DNA of 63,051 nucleotides, filler included, from Intoshia linei (Eukaryota > Animalia > Orthonectida), in NCBI GenBank assembly GCA_001642005.1. It is 8 parts of 8 records of this genome, joined end to end, with 100 filler letters (N's around TTAATTAATTAA, not from the genome) between each part and the next. Parts side by side here need not be neighbours in the genome. Positions count along the whole stretch, not along the records: positions 18,250 to 32,002 come from LWCA01001001.1; positions 32,103 to 38,481 come from LWCA01001685.1; 6 more parts are not named here. One strand, 5' to 3'. Position numbers and translations under genes: made by a program. The first letter of the stretch is position 1; each line of letters starts with the position of its first letter. This document shows positions 21,489 through 35,024 of the stretch, piece after piece. The notes beneath the pieces were generated by a model. The model was not told where the DNA came from, made no database searches, and saw only the letters and a program-made list of their open reading frames with translations.

Positions 21489-23423
21489 TTTTTTTGAAAG
21501 TTTTTTATTAGACAGACAGCCAGACATCAACAAAAAATAATATTATTACTGTAAAATATTAAAAAATAAGCCATAAGTTAATTTTACGTAAACTATACTA
21601 GGAATAAAAGCTTATTTTATTTTTATTTTTATTCATAAATATCGATTTATTAATCTGCTTCCAGTCTTTGTAATGAAATGATAAGAGTAGAATACATAAT
21701 GAAAAATAATCATTAAATGTAAATATTGAAATATACAATGTACAAATTTCACACTTAATTGAGAATACAATTGATAACTACTATCTGAAGTATCAAAAAA
21801 ACTAAAACTTTAAATAAAGTTAAAGTGTTTACAAAATAAGCAAACAATAATCCTAACAAACATTTCCCTAGCTACAACGAATCGAAATATCGCAGAAATT
21901 CAACGTATACAATAACTTAAACAATAATGGAGAATATATTTCAAGAAAATACAATCAGTTAAAGTAGGTAAATTTTAAAATTTGACCCATATTTACATTG
22001 TAATGTATCAAAATGAAAATTTAATTTATTTTCGGCAATATTGCCAAAATTTAAGCTTTAGGCATCACTTTTGAGTTGTGTGGTTGATATGGATCGGAAA
22101 TATTTTTGTGTCAATATTTAAAATATAGAGTTGAAATGTATGTTTGTTTAAATGAGTAGTAAATGTATAGAAATTTATGAGACGTGAATCTGTGATAACA
22201 CAATCAAACATTAAAAACTGAAAATACTGTGCGTGTTGATATACATTCGTACAGTGTAGTTACATGTATGTTTAAGTGTGTTTAACAAATATACATTTTT
22301 GTAGTTATTTTATGGTTCAAATGGTCAATTGTGCTGCTTTTTTTCGTAAATGCTTTTTGTTTTTATATTCCAAGATGTGGATCAGGTGGAATAATATATT
22401 GTATTAGGGTCCCAAGCTATTTTCACTATAACCCCAAATTTAAACAAAATTGCACTGCATCATAATTGTTTTTATACAATAAAAACATGGTTCTCTCTAA
22501 TTTATAAAATGTGGCATATATATTAGTTTCAGAAATTTATAAAAGCGTTTGACAAATTTATCGATTTATTTTTAGTCTATTAATTTTAAGAAAAATATAC
22601 TTTTACCAACCCTTTAGAGAAAAATTATTAATTTTTTAATCGATTTCCACCTCTAATATGCATTACATCTACATATTTACTGTTGGTAAAATATTTTTTG
22701 CATTATATTTTAAAATTTATCAATATTGCTCAAGTACCAAATTGACTCCCAACATTGGATAACTGGAAAGAATACTGAATATTTTTGAATCTGCTTTTTC
22801 AACGTCGTTCCTGCAGGATTAAAAACATCACACTTCGTTCGATAAAAGTTTATATAGAGTTAATCTTATATAACGTGTTTATATATAGTAGCAACATATT
22901 AAGTGGAGCATAGACCAGTTCTGAAAAGTTGACAACTTTTTTCAAAATATAAAAATTTTCATTAATTTTAATTTTTCTATATCAGCTGAATTAGATCCAG
23001 ATAAAAAGTAAAATTTCCACCATAAAAGGTAGGCCATGTGCTCTGAAAAATATTTTTTTAAAATTATGATTTACAAATTGTGTTATTAATTAAAAAAACG
23101 TTTAATTTATGCTTTGAATGAACGGTCTACTGTAGATATTTTTAATTTTTATAAATGTTTATTTTTGATCAGTATTTTTATTTCGTAGACAAAATAATTT
23201 ATGGGCTACAGCCATGCATCCATCAATTACGAATCGCCACTGTTTATGGCCATATAATTTTAAATTTTGCTGTGTTGAATCTATGTCATAGTTTTGTAAT
23301 CATAGTATTGTGTAAACTATTATTTTGCAAAATTAACCCATTTAGTGTCACTTGGCTACTTATGATTAATAAAACTACCCTAAGGGTGTATGATGTGTGG
23401 TTGAATATACTTTATAGACTGGA

Positions 23424-25263
23424 ATGTCATTCAAGTCAGACGATATAATGATGATAAACATGACTGATAAAGACCAAAAATTCCAAGTACCAGTACGCAA
23501 ACGTGTTGAAGTTCCGGGTATACTTTTAAATTTTAAGCTACGTTTTTGAATTTATCATTTTTCTATTGCTGAATATATTTTATTTAGTATCAATTATTGT
23601 AAATGAACCAACACCCACTCAAGAGCCTCGTAATCCCTACATAAATGAATCAAATTTGACTACGGATGACGTTGAAAAGAGAAAAGATTTTTCAGAATAC
23701 ACCGAAATAAAATTTCGATGTAATTTGTGTTTTTCAATGTTAGACAACAAAGACGATGTTAAAGACCACTCAAATTTACATTTAAATCAACTCACTAGCA
23801 TGACTTTAGTTAAATGCCACAATATAGAAAGATCTGACACGAATATGCCAAAGATTTTTAAAATTGGTCGAAATTATAATTGTGAAAAATGTAAACTTTT
23901 ATTTACTTCTCAAGAAAATTTGGATGAACATAAAAAGGACCATAAACAATCTAAAGGAAAACCGCAATATGTAAAATTTTGATTTATTTTGATTATAATT
24001 CCATTTTAGAAATGTGAACGATGCGTTGAAAGTTTTAATTTAAAGACACATTTAAGTGCTCATATTATAAAGGCGCACATCAACGAAAAAAAATTCCAAT
24101 GTCATTATGATGGTTGTTATAAAGGGTTTATGCTAGAGACTGAATTAGAAATTCACTTAGATTCTCATGGTGGATCAAATATTCCCTACATTTGTCAATT
24201 TTGTAACGAATCTTTTGTAGCTAAATATCACCTTGAACAGCACTATGAGATTCATCAATATCAAGAGACGGACATAAAAATTTGTAAAATTTGTAATTTG
24301 AAATTTCGAAAAAGATTGGATTTGCAATGTCATGTTAAAAATGCTCATTCCGAGGAGAAACCTTTTAATTGCACGTTTTGTGGTAAAAAATTTATAACGA
24401 GATCTCGATTAACGGAACACATTAGAAGTCATACGGGAGAAAAACCTTTTAAATGTACAGAGTGTTCCTGGGCGTTTGCTAGTGCTTCAAACTTAAAACA
24501 ACACATTAAATGTCACAAGGGTTTTAAACCATACAAGTGTCAACATTGCCATCTATCGTTCAGTACCAGAGGAAATTTAAAACAGCATATGCATTGTCAC
24601 ACGGGTGAAAAGCCTTTTGCTTGTGAAGTATGCACTCGAAAGTTCCGTCGAAGACGGCATGTGGTACAACATTTATACACTGTGCATTCTGCTACAACAA
24701 ATTACATGTGTGATATTTGCGCAGAAATGTTTATCGGTGCTTCAAATCTTCATAAACATATGCAGGAGCATAAGAAGAAGGAAAGCAAAAAACTTGAGAA
24801 ACGTATTTGCACCAAAAAATTAAAAAAACCCACCTCTCTATCTAACACTGCTGATTTCTTAGGCAATGATGTAAATTGCAGCTCTGATTCAATAAAATCA
24901 TCCAAATCTGGCTGTTATATCATCAATAAAGATAACGAACCTCAAGAGGTTTACTCATCTGTAAATAAAAACCACATTGAACCTTATAACATTGACATTT
25001 ATGATCAGTCCCAACTACCATGTAGTTACATTGGTGATATGATTGATATTAATAAAATGAATACATTTGGAGACGAAATGCTTGTGTTGGACCAAGTCAA
25101 ACACGACGAAACTTTAAATGATGAATTTCAAATGTTTTTCAGTTCCTTTCCTGAAAAAATGGATAGTTTGAATGATGACTTGTTTAGCAATTGTCAAAGT
25201 AAAAAACCTACTTCATCTGAAAGTGTAGACGATGTTAAAGACATTCAGTCAAATAAATTATAA
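23424..25263 (+). CDS. C2H2 (Kruppel-type) multi-zinc-finger protein, 3 coding exons
   Basis: Exons ~23424-23517, 23588-23970 and 24010-25263 join in frame. More than ten CxxC..HxxxH fingers with HTGEKPF linkers; acidic C-terminus. Confidence 0.92.
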
Positions 25264-25765
25264 ATATTGTGTAAGAGGTTCTATTCACCGCACAGACTTA
25301 CAAGGAAATTCCAAGTTTACATAAATTGTCTTGTAACTCATTAAACTTTTTATTTTATAATTTTCTTTACGGTTCATTGGAGTAAACTTTGTCAACCTTG
25401 TGATTTTGAATAATTTCAATCACATTTTCATTATAAAACATGTGAACATTAGAATAGAGATTGAATTGCATTCAATTACTTTTAATTTGATTGCTTCAAT
25501 ATTTGTAAAACAATAACAGACTGTCATGATTTACACTATAAAATTCCTACAAGCTACCGCAAGCTGCAAAATCAAATACCGAAGCATATTGTGCATTATT
25601 TCATCATGTATATTGTACACCTCATGCTCAGTCTCGTTACTCGAATCACTAAGTACTTTCACTTAAAACACAACAAAACTTTAGTATCGGATTGCAAAGC
25701 TTTGATGGTTCTCTGTTTAAATTGATTTGGTTTTGATATTGAATTTAGTTGTAGATTTAACTGAC

Positions 25766-28700
25766 ATGAAAGCTCAAGTCGATGAAAAATTAGATTTGGA
25801 GATGAAAAAGTCTACCAGTTCAGATTCTGGTGCAGCCGAATGCGCTTGGGATCCATCTTTATCGTCATCAAATTCGTTGGATGGTAACAGTAAAGGTGAA
25901 CACTCTGAAGTGGATAAGAAGGGTCAGAGTGTGGAAAATGTTGAACCTGAAAATGGTCATGTTGACATTGATCGAAATTGTAGAGTCAAAGACACTACTT
26001 ATCGTAAAATTTTTGTCGGTGGTTTACCTTACTGTACCACTAATGAAAGTCTTAAATGCTATTTTCAACATTTTGGTCAAATTGAAGAGGCTGTAGTCAT
26101 TACTGATAAAAATACTGGAAAATCAAAGGGATATGGATTTGTAATTATTTATATATGGCTGATGACAGTTTTATGAGTAATATAACTTTTGAATGGAATA
26201 TTTTTATTTTTAACATTCCTGTACATTTTTTGGCAATTTTTACCGACATAAATTTTGTATTGATTAATTTTTTGCACTCTATATTTTTATGAATTTTTAA
26301 ATATTTTGTGTGCATTACGATAATTAATGTGCTTATGAAACGGCACCTCCAATTACTTGAGTGACATGTCTGTGACTAAGGTGTATTTTCGTATTATAAT
26401 ACTATAACTATCGATTATATTATAAATGTGAATTATTGATGAATATTTGGATTACGGTGCGAACTATCATTATTTTTAGAGATTCAAAGTTATTTATTTA
26501 TATTTGTAGCGATATCCTCTATATCAGTCATTCTCAACGGGGTCCACAGCTGTTTGTTGGGATCCATGAAAAATTTTATTGTTAAATTATATATAATTAA
26601 CGCCATCTAATTAAATATCTTTAATCCATTACATGATTTATTTATTAATGATCGATTCAGTGAATAATATTCACTTAATCAACTAATATATTAATTATAT
26701 TATATATTAATTCACTGAATATATTAAATACTCCATATAAACGTAAACACAATAATTAAATATCCTTTATTTATATCAAATTGAATGTCTATGTTACTGT
26801 ATATTAAAAATAATATTATAGAATTAAAAAACCCCTAAAAATCTAATATAATGCTTCCCAGAGCGTGTTTTTATATATTTGTCAATTTCAGAATTTGAGT
26901 CCTTCATGGTCAAAAGCCCAATTTGCCTTTTTGTTTAAAAATAAAATCAGCCCAGAAATTTAATAAAACATAAATTCTGGGGCACGTTTAAAATTATTAA
27001 AATTGTCGTAAATTTCAGCCTCAGAAACGCACACCTTAATGATCAAAACTCTAAATTATCGTATGTTTATAAAATGAAACGTCCTAAAATTTTATAAAAC
27101 ATAAATTTTGGGATAGTTTTTAAAATCATAAGCATTAATATTTAATAAATAGCAATCTCAAAAAAGTGCATTTTCCCGACCAAAAATCCAGATTGCCCTT
27201 TTTTAAAAATATTCAATAAAAATTATTAATGATATTCAAACGCTTCCAAAAATATGTGTTTTATTTTTTTCCTGAAGGACTCAATTTCGGAAAATAAAAT
27301 TTGCGATACTGCATCACTCTTGAAAAACTGGATTACCAATTGGTCATCATAAAATTGAAAACAGTAAATATGAAAAGTTTTTCAAAATGTAGAAACATGT
27401 TGCATAATTGTAGGCCCGGGTCATATGACCATAGACCAGGGGTGCACAACGTACGGCCGTATGCGGCATGAGCAATATGATCTGATCATAATGCTATATA
27501 TTATTTTACTTCAAATTGAAAAATTAAAATGAAATTTTATTCAAGGTCTATTTAGAATATTTGAATCAAAAAGTTACATTCTTGATTTTACCCCAGTTTC
27601 TCAAGTGTTAGCAAAGGGCACACAAAATTAAGACAGTCACTGATATCTTTTGTTATGTCATTATTAATATTTACATATTTTTTTTATGTCTTCCACTCTA
27701 ATGTATCAACAAATCGGTTTTTAATGGAACTTTTTTCTCTTGTCCAATTATAATTAATTATTTACCGAAAAATGTGTTTAATGTTTTTTCAAATAAAAAA
27801 TTAGTAAAAGATTTTTCAAAATTTTTTTAAATCAGGTTTTTTCTTATGGAATCAGAATTATATATCTAAAAATTTGGTAAAATGGGATTTTTCATAAAAA
27901 TATTGGTAAATGCGATTTTTTTCCTTAAAGGTTGGTAAAATTTGGTTTATTCTTTTGGAATCAGATAGGGTAGTTTTTATTTTATAACTTTGGTAAAAAT
28001 GGATTTTTAAAAAAAAAATTGGTAAAACAGGATTTCTTTTTTAAAGGTTGGTAAAATTTTGGTTTTTTCTTATATTATATTAAATTGAATGATTTAATGA
28101 AATATGTTGAAAATTGTAGATTCGCCCACAATTATCGAAATTTTCGTATTCACCCCTTGGGGTGACCAGTCACCCCCATGAGAAGCACTGCATTACTCCT
28201 AATATTGCTATTTATTTCGATACAGATAAATGACAAATATGGTGTTAATTTATATGATGAATTAAGGATTAATTTTAATTGAAAATTATTAATTAAAACT
28301 TGCTGATACAATTTTAAAATTATTAAAATTTTAAGAAACTATTTTATTAGACCTAAAATTTAGGTCTAGAGTAAACTTTCTCAATGTCAAAGTAAATTTT
28401 GTGTGCCCGTAGTATCAATGAGAAAAGTAGCATTATGGCTGAATTGTTGGAAAGGTTGTGGACCCCTGCCCTAGACCCTCTCCAGCGTCCTAGATAGGAT
28501 CATACCCTAGTACATCATTTTCGGTTTGATTAAATTAGATTTTGGTGGGCGTCTAAGCGTATCTGTTGAGAAACACTGCTCTATATAAATAATTATTATT
28601 TTTATTATTAAACGTACAAAATCTTAGGTTACAATGCTTGATAGAAATGCAGCGAATAAAGCTATATCAAACGTGAACCCAATGATTGACGGCCGAAAAG

Positions 28701-29268
28701 CAAATGTGAATTTAGCATACATCGGAGCGAAGCACAGACGTAAAATTGTGTGATTTTGTAAATAAAAAAATTCTTTAGATAAGTTAACTGGAATTTCAAT
28801 GAATCAATCTTACTGGTTTTACATATTTATATTTTAACGTTTATGAAATGAATATAATTTTTTAGCGTACCGCAATACTACATGCCTGCGCCTACGTATC
28901 AACCTTCCATGTTGGATAGCAATAGCTACGGATGGCCCACAATTGCTCCATCAGTTTCATTCGTGCCTCATATTTCTGGAAGTAGTGAAAATTATCCAAT
29001 TCCGTATGGATTCAACCAATCTCCTTCATTTAATTATAACCTTCCGCACTATCCACCATATCCTCAAATACTTCATGGTCCAATTTCCATGTTTATGCCG
29101 CAATCCAATTATCCTAATCCAGAAAATTTTCCATGTCGTCCAACAAAACCTTTTACACATAATCAAAGTGAGAATATTTTTTTTACGCAATCGCCAGTAA
29201 ACACCGGCAATCGAAATAAACGCCGACAGAAGCATTTAAACAAAAATATAAAAGAAAATGGAAAATGA
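25766..29268 (+). CDS. RBM24: RNA-binding protein 24/38 (SUP-12/SEB-4 family)
   Basis: [40 protein letters not shown]|[35 protein letters not shown], split by intron 26141-28627; further intron 28740-28778; Pro/Tyr-rich tail. RBM24 versus RBM38 cannot be resolved. Confidence 0.92.
26525..28578. mobile_element. hAT element (outer shell) in the RBM24 intron, with nested Helitron fragment and hAT MITE
   Basis: Termini CAGTCATTCTCAAC / GTTGAGAAACACTG; perfect TSD CTCTATAT (26517-26524, 28579-28586). The left end resembles 46844. Confidence 0.8.
27437..28468. mobile_element. Full-length ~1.03-kb hAT (Buster/Charlie-like) non-autonomous element
   Basis: TIRs CAGGGGTGCACAAC / GTTGTGGACCCCTG; TSD CCATAGAC / CCCTAGAC; two further copies in the window. 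Confidence 0.92.
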
Positions 29269-29336
29269 TGAATATGACGGTTTAGTTATATAAATTCGTT
29301 AAGCAATATAAATAAAATTTAATATTTACAATTTTT

Positions 29337-30719
29337 TTAAGTATTTTTCTCGTGAGATAACGAATTTGATTCTTTGAAAAATGATTTACTGTTTATATAG
29401 GATTCGTATTCGGAGGTAAAATTGTCATCTATAAACTCATCTTCATAATTAGATTCAGTTTTATTCTTGTTGCAAATTTCATCAACACGGTAGAATATTG
29501 TTATTGCAAATAAAAATGTACAAAGAATAATACATTGATACATTGGATACGAATTAAAAAAGAATAATATATTTTTGAATATTTGGAGAAAAACATATTC
29601 AACACGATTCAAAATTACAACAATTAAAAACAAAACTTGGCAAACAATTTTAAATACCAATAATACTAACAATTTCAGTAAATGTACAACACTTTTGAGA
29701 ATAACCCAAACAATCAGTCCAACCTGAGAAAATATGAAATCAAAATTGTAAACAATAAATTGAAAGGTGTTTTGAACGTGTTTCACTACAAACCTATACA
29801 GGGTGGTCAACGTTTTATCAAAAGGTTTAAAAATTGTCTTGAAATATGTATCTATACTTGATAGCACTAGGTAAATTACAAATTTAAACATTTCTGCAAC
29901 GGTGAAGGCAAATGTGAAAAACACTCGCAAAAATTTGCTAACATAAAAAATGATCACAAACATACAATGTAGAAAGGGGTTAAAGTATCTGAATAAAAAG
30001 TTTAAAATTATGTCGACATATCTATTGGTGAAATTGGCAATGGAAGGAATAGTGTATATAATGGATTCAATAATTTTGTTTGAGTATATGTAATATGAAT
30101 CCAAAATAAATCGAATATTGTTGACAAAGTGAAATGCAGTAAAGTAAAAGAAATGAACCAATTCTTTTCGAGAAAACTTGGTTGCAATGAAATCATATGT
30201 TGATTTCGTCATGTTGAGGTACATGGACTCTAGAATGAGAGAATGGTTAGTAAATACATTTTTAAGGAAAATTAATTGTTTATCAAATAATAATTGTCCA
30301 ATAACGATAGAGTAAATATTAATAACATGTTTGTAAATTGATTCTAACACCCAATAAAATGTACACCGAGATTTTATAGAAGTTGGAATCATGTTTGAAA
30401 TAATATTTACTGCAACACTTGCAAATTTCACCACTTTATGACACAGGAAGTAGATAGCATCCAATATTAAGGTGTATAATATTTGCAAACTTAGTCCAAG
30501 TGACGTTAATGCGTCTTCAACGGTATCAGAATCATCTATGCTGAAAAATATCAACAGTATTACCAAGAATATAGACACACAGTATTGGAAATGACGTGCA
30601 TCAAAAATAAATTCAAATATGTATTTTCCTACATTTAGGAGACCTGTCAATATGAAAATTATCTTGTCTAACAATAATTTCAAAATTAATATTGCATTTC
30701 TGTACCTAATTCCATACAT
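29337..30719 (-). CDS. Orphan intronless hydrophobic/multi-pass membrane protein (460 aa) with an acidic C-terminal tail
   Basis: 1383-nt ATG-to-TAA ORF, far longer than expected by chance at this AT content. Many hydrophobic or amphipathic helices; no recognised domain. Confidence 0.75.
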   Translation of the reverse strand: MYGIRYRNAILILKLLLDKIIFILTGLLNVGKYIFEFIFDARHFQYCVSIFLVILLIFFSIDDSDTVEDALTSLGLSLQILYTLILDAIYFLCHKVVKFASVAVNIISNMIPTSIKSRCTFYWVLESIYKHVINIYSIVIGQLLFDKQLIFLKNVFTNHSLILESMYLNMTKSTYDFIATKFSRKELVHFFYFTAFHFVNNIRFILDSYYIYSNKIIESIIYTIPSIANFTNRYVDIILNFLFRYFNPFLHCMFVIIFYVSKFLRVFFTFAFTVAEMFKFVIYLVLSSIDTYFKTIFKPFDKTLTTLYRFVVKHVQNTFQFIVYNFDFIFSQVGLIVWVILKSVVHLLKLLVLLVFKIVCQVLFLIVVILNRVEYVFLQIFKNILFFFNSYPMYQCIILCTFLFAITIFYRVDEICNKNKTESNYEDEFIDDNFTSEYESYINSKSFFKESNSLSHEKNT

Positions 30720-31039
30720 TTTAAATCAATTTATTCAACCCTTCATCAATATTTTTTTTCAATTAAATTGAGTGTATAGGTATCCTTAGTAAAAGTTGAA
30801 AATTAACTTTTTAAATTTAAATGGTAGTTGTCATGGAAGTAGCAAATGAAAAAAGTTACTTTTTAATGAGATTTGATATTGACTTTGATTTAAAATTGAT
30901 TTTAAGCTCAAATTTAACCCGATTTGAGAATCAACATTTTATAATTGTCTGTGACCATTTATTTAAAAAGATAAGAGATCTAGAATTTAAAATAATTTTT
31001 ATAAATACTAAAATGAAAATTTAAATATTCAACCTATTA

Positions 31040-32561
31040 TTTAAAAAAAGTTAAAAGGCCAAATGTTGATTTTTTCATATTTAATTTTTTTTAATAAATT
31101 TAAAATTCTAATATTAAAATAACAACTGAGCTGAATATAATTGAAAAATACGAATAAAATTAAGTTTGGATAAATTAATAACAAGGTAAGTTCAATTTTC
31201 AAAACATAAAATAAAAAAAATATTTTTTTGTCATCCATTTTGGGGTGATGGTTTTTTTTTCTTCGGATCGATATAGGACATATCACATTTTAATTATCAT
31301 AACAACCAAAAATTATCAAAATTTTATTAAACAATACATTCCAACAAAGATTTAGTAGTGTTAGCTCCAACCTGTAAATAATATCGTCAATTATAATATG
31401 TCCTATTACCTGTATAATATACTGATTGTTTCTGGTTAAGTGAAATAATTTTCGATCCAAATCATATGAATTACAGGAAACATCCATTATGTACAAGTCA
31501 AAGCATATATTATAAGGTATTTTAGAATCTAAATAACCATTAATAAAATTTTTCCTTATTTTACCAGTGAAATTTTGAATATAAAACATGACAGATACGG
31601 ATAATTGTACTATATTCACATCTTCGTCAATAAAAATTCTAATTAATTAATATAATAATTGGAATTCAAAATGAAAACTTTTTGATATCATCCGGAAGTA
31701 TTATAAATTTAAGTTTATCATATTTAATCAATCTTTCAACTGTATTGTAATGATCGATGATGATAAACTTGTTAATGTGAAATAGTTCTAGATTTGATCC
31801 CAATGAAAGAGATATATTGCCATAAAACTTATATTTCCGATAAACTAAAATATAATGAATAAAATTGAAACATGTGAACCCTTATTTAAACAAAATGGCT
31901 CAATTTCAACAAATAGATAATTTCGTGTATCATGATTAAAATTAAAAGAGTATTTTTTATTGATTGTTGCAAACAGTCGCATTTTTGGTAGTTTATTCAA
32001 AANNNNNNNNNNNNNNNNNNNNNNNNNNNNNNNNNNNNNNNNNNNNTTAATTAATTAANNNNNNNNNNNNNNNNNNNNNNNNNNNNNNNNNNNNNNNNNN
32101 NNTTAATAAAAACTGATTTATTTATAAATAACAATATTTACTCTTTCAAATATTTTAAGCACTTTCACTTTCATTACTATCAAAAACATATTTTTTGCAA
32201 TATAGGTAATTAATATTATTCTTCTTTGAAATTTCAACTAGATTCGTTAAATAAATATTCAAAAGCGCGAATTAGTTGTCACATATTTCAATAGAGGGTA
32301 TACTAAAGTAAAAATTGCTAGAGAGCTTTCTGTGTCCAGACGCGCAGTTAAAGAAATAATTAAAAAGCACGAGTTATGGAGAGAATACTGTACTTGAAAT
32401 AATAAATAAATATAATCATTATAGGAATTATAATTACAAAATTTTTGTCTAAAAGGTGGGGTTAATTTCACATAAACTGCTGTAATTGTTATAAATACTC
32501 TATTATCAACACACCATAATATTAAAAACGGCCTTAAAACAGTGTCGCCTGTAATACACAT
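31040..32561 (-). CDS. Multi-exon uncharacterised protein spanning a gap, possibly a divergent cadherin-like protein
   Basis: In-frame exons separated by ~35-nt GT-AG introns (..YLFVEIEPFCLNK|VYRKYKF..ILPDDIK|IFIDEDVNIVQLSV..). Weak cadherin-like motifs ISLTARLDTE and LYIMDVSCN. Boundaries are approximate. Confidence 0.4.
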
Positions 32562-33018
32562 CCATAATAAAATTATTTTTATTTTTCATTTACAGCCATA
32601 TTGAATTATTAAAATCATCTGAAATTATTGTGAACTTTTCTTTGAATTTACAAATACATTGTATTTACATGTTAATTTAATTATTTGAATTAAGAATCGT
32701 TGTATCCAATTTTTGACAATTTCCCATTTGATAAAATTGAAAAATTACATTGAGGTGTAATGCTTACATATTTATATAAATAATTATAATTAGATTTAAC
32801 AGCAACTGAAATTAAAAATTACATTGTTCCAACGTGTATCATCAAGAAAATGGAAAGAAACTTTGTACTACAGTGAAAATTTAAAGGAAACTAAAAAAAT
32901 TTCACCATTCTATTTTCTCATTGGGTATATAAAATTTTCATAAATTTTTATACCGCCAATTTTTATATTAATTATAGTGACGAGTTAAAAAATGTATACC
33001 CACAAAAGAAACCATTAA

Positions 33019-33351
33019 ATGAAACAAGCCGAGATTTTTATTTCATGTGGCATATTATACCTAGTACAAAAAAAACATTCGAAATGTACCAATTCAGTTT
33101 GCTCAACTTCCACGTTACCAAAATTTAAAACAATGAAAACATTAAAACCAAAAATAGTAAAAATAGAATATGTACGGATGCCTTACAATGGATGGATAGT
33201 ATCAATCGTTGTCTTTTCTATAATGATTTGTATTGGATACATTTTGTATTATCCTTTATATACCAATATTCAACTCAGATTAATTAGGTATTATCCATGC
33301 TTTATAATTAATATACAAAAAATGAATACTGAAACACTTTCCGAAGGATGA
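33019..33351 (+). CDS. Possible small single-TM protein (hypothetical)
   Basis: 110-aa ORF with hydrophobic segment GWIVSIVVFSIMICIGYILYY. Upstream exon frames are inconsistent. Confidence 0.3.
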   Translation: MKQAEIFISCGILYLVQKKHSKCTNSVCSTSTLPKFKTMKTLKPKIVKIEYVRMPYNGWIVSIVVFSIMICIGYILYYPLYTNIQLRLIRYYPCFIINIQKMNTETLSEG

Positions 33352-33700
33352 ACATGAATTTTCAAACTCTTATCAATACGAACCTCGGTTCATATTGCAG
33401 AATTCTGGGTGGAACCCATTGGGTTGAAAAACTTTTGAGTCTGCGAGAAAATTTTATTTCCAACTTTTAAACTTTTCTTTTCATATAAAAGGATTTGTAC
33501 GATTATTCCGAAAAATGTTAATGATTTAAGGCAGGGATGATCAACGTTATCATGTGTTGTCCGATTTGATTACAGATAAAATATTAAATTAATCGAAAAT
33601 CGACATAAAACGGACCAACAAATACTCATTTTTAAAATAATTATTTTATGACATAAATTTTGAAAAAAAATTAATAAACTAAATTTTATTAAAATCTCTA

Positions 33701-34029
33701 CTGTCTTTTCTCGATTATAAGAAGTCTTATATTCGAAAGTAGAAGGGAAAATGCTTATAACCAAAAACAAGCAGACTTTTAAGCAGACCTTGAAAAATAT
33801 AAAAAATATACTAAAAGTTTTTTTCTAATTGGTATAAACTTATAAATTAGACATTCTATTGTATGAAGGAAGTTATTTTTTAGAAATAAATTGATATGTT
33901 GTCTATTTTTTGTTTAAAGTTTTTTCTTTCGAATACAAGCTGAAACTGCTTATATTCAAATTTTATTTAGTTAAAAATTTCACTGAAAATTTGTATTTCA
34001 AGAGTCTGTTTATAATCGAGAAAAGACAG
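33701..34029. mobile_element. pogo/Tc1-mariner-type MITE with TA TSD
   Basis: TA-CTGTCTTTTCTCGATTATAA ... TTATAATCGAGAAAAGACAG-TA. An inverted partial copy is at 58094-58311. Confidence 0.85.
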
Positions 34030-34453
34030 TAGTCAAATTTTATCATCGTCATCTTTTTATTGGTAATTATAATTAACAAAATTAGATAACATCCTGAACT
34101 GGCAAAAATAATTCTTAATCGAGAATAAAATAAAAAATTTTCCCGTTGTCGTATTCCACTCTTGAGTTTGTAGAAAAATGTACAAAATTTACATGTTGTA
34201 TTTTAAATAATTATTAAATTTAGTAAATTCATTGAGCGACAGCAAAGTGTTCGAAATAATTCTGGTTTAAGATGCAATCCAACCAATTTTGAGTTGCCAA
34301 ATTTAGACGACAATATGGATAATATATTAGGCATTGGACCCTCATAAAAATAATTATAATAGTGATTAACGATATAAATCGTATGTAGAATATTAAATTT
34401 AAAAAAATTAAATAAACATAATCAAATTTACAAAATCAATGTAGACATACATG

Positions 34454-34910
34454 CAGAGCCGTCTTAAGCCACTTCATGGCCCTGGGCTAAGCAAAGGAGA
34501 CCCTTTAAAGTTTTGAGCACAGCAAGGAAAAAATTTTAGGGCCCTTTTTAGAAAATTAATAAGAGAAAAACAAAAATTTCCTACTTTCTTTTTTGAATAT
34601 TCACTTAATATAAAGGTTTTAATGTTTAATATATTACAATATTATTACACTCATTTGAAATAGTTTTTATGTCAATATTATATGATGAACATTGTCGAAT
34701 ATATTTTAAATTGAATAGTTACCAGAACTTTAATTCTTTAAACTATTTGAATTCCCACACTTCAAAACTTATAAACTGTTTCTTAAGATATAAACGTGAT
34801 TTATTTTTTAACTAAACGGTAACACACACACAAACAAAAATTTTTTTGGGCTTTTTTAATGAGTGGCCCTGGGCTACAGCCCATATTGCCCATGCCTTAA
34901 AACGGCTCTG
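34454..34910. mobile_element. hAT MITE
   Basis: TIRs CAGAGCCGTCTTAAG / CTTAAAACGGCTCTG; perfect TSD CATACATG; internal direct repeat TGGCCCTGGGCTA near both ends. Confidence 0.92.
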
Positions 34911-35024
34911 CATACATGTAGAATGTACAATATACATTGTACCATCTACAATGTAGATATATCATCTTAACAATTTTAAACAAACCAACAAAAAGTATTT
35001 AATAGAGGTAAATTTCTTGTACAT

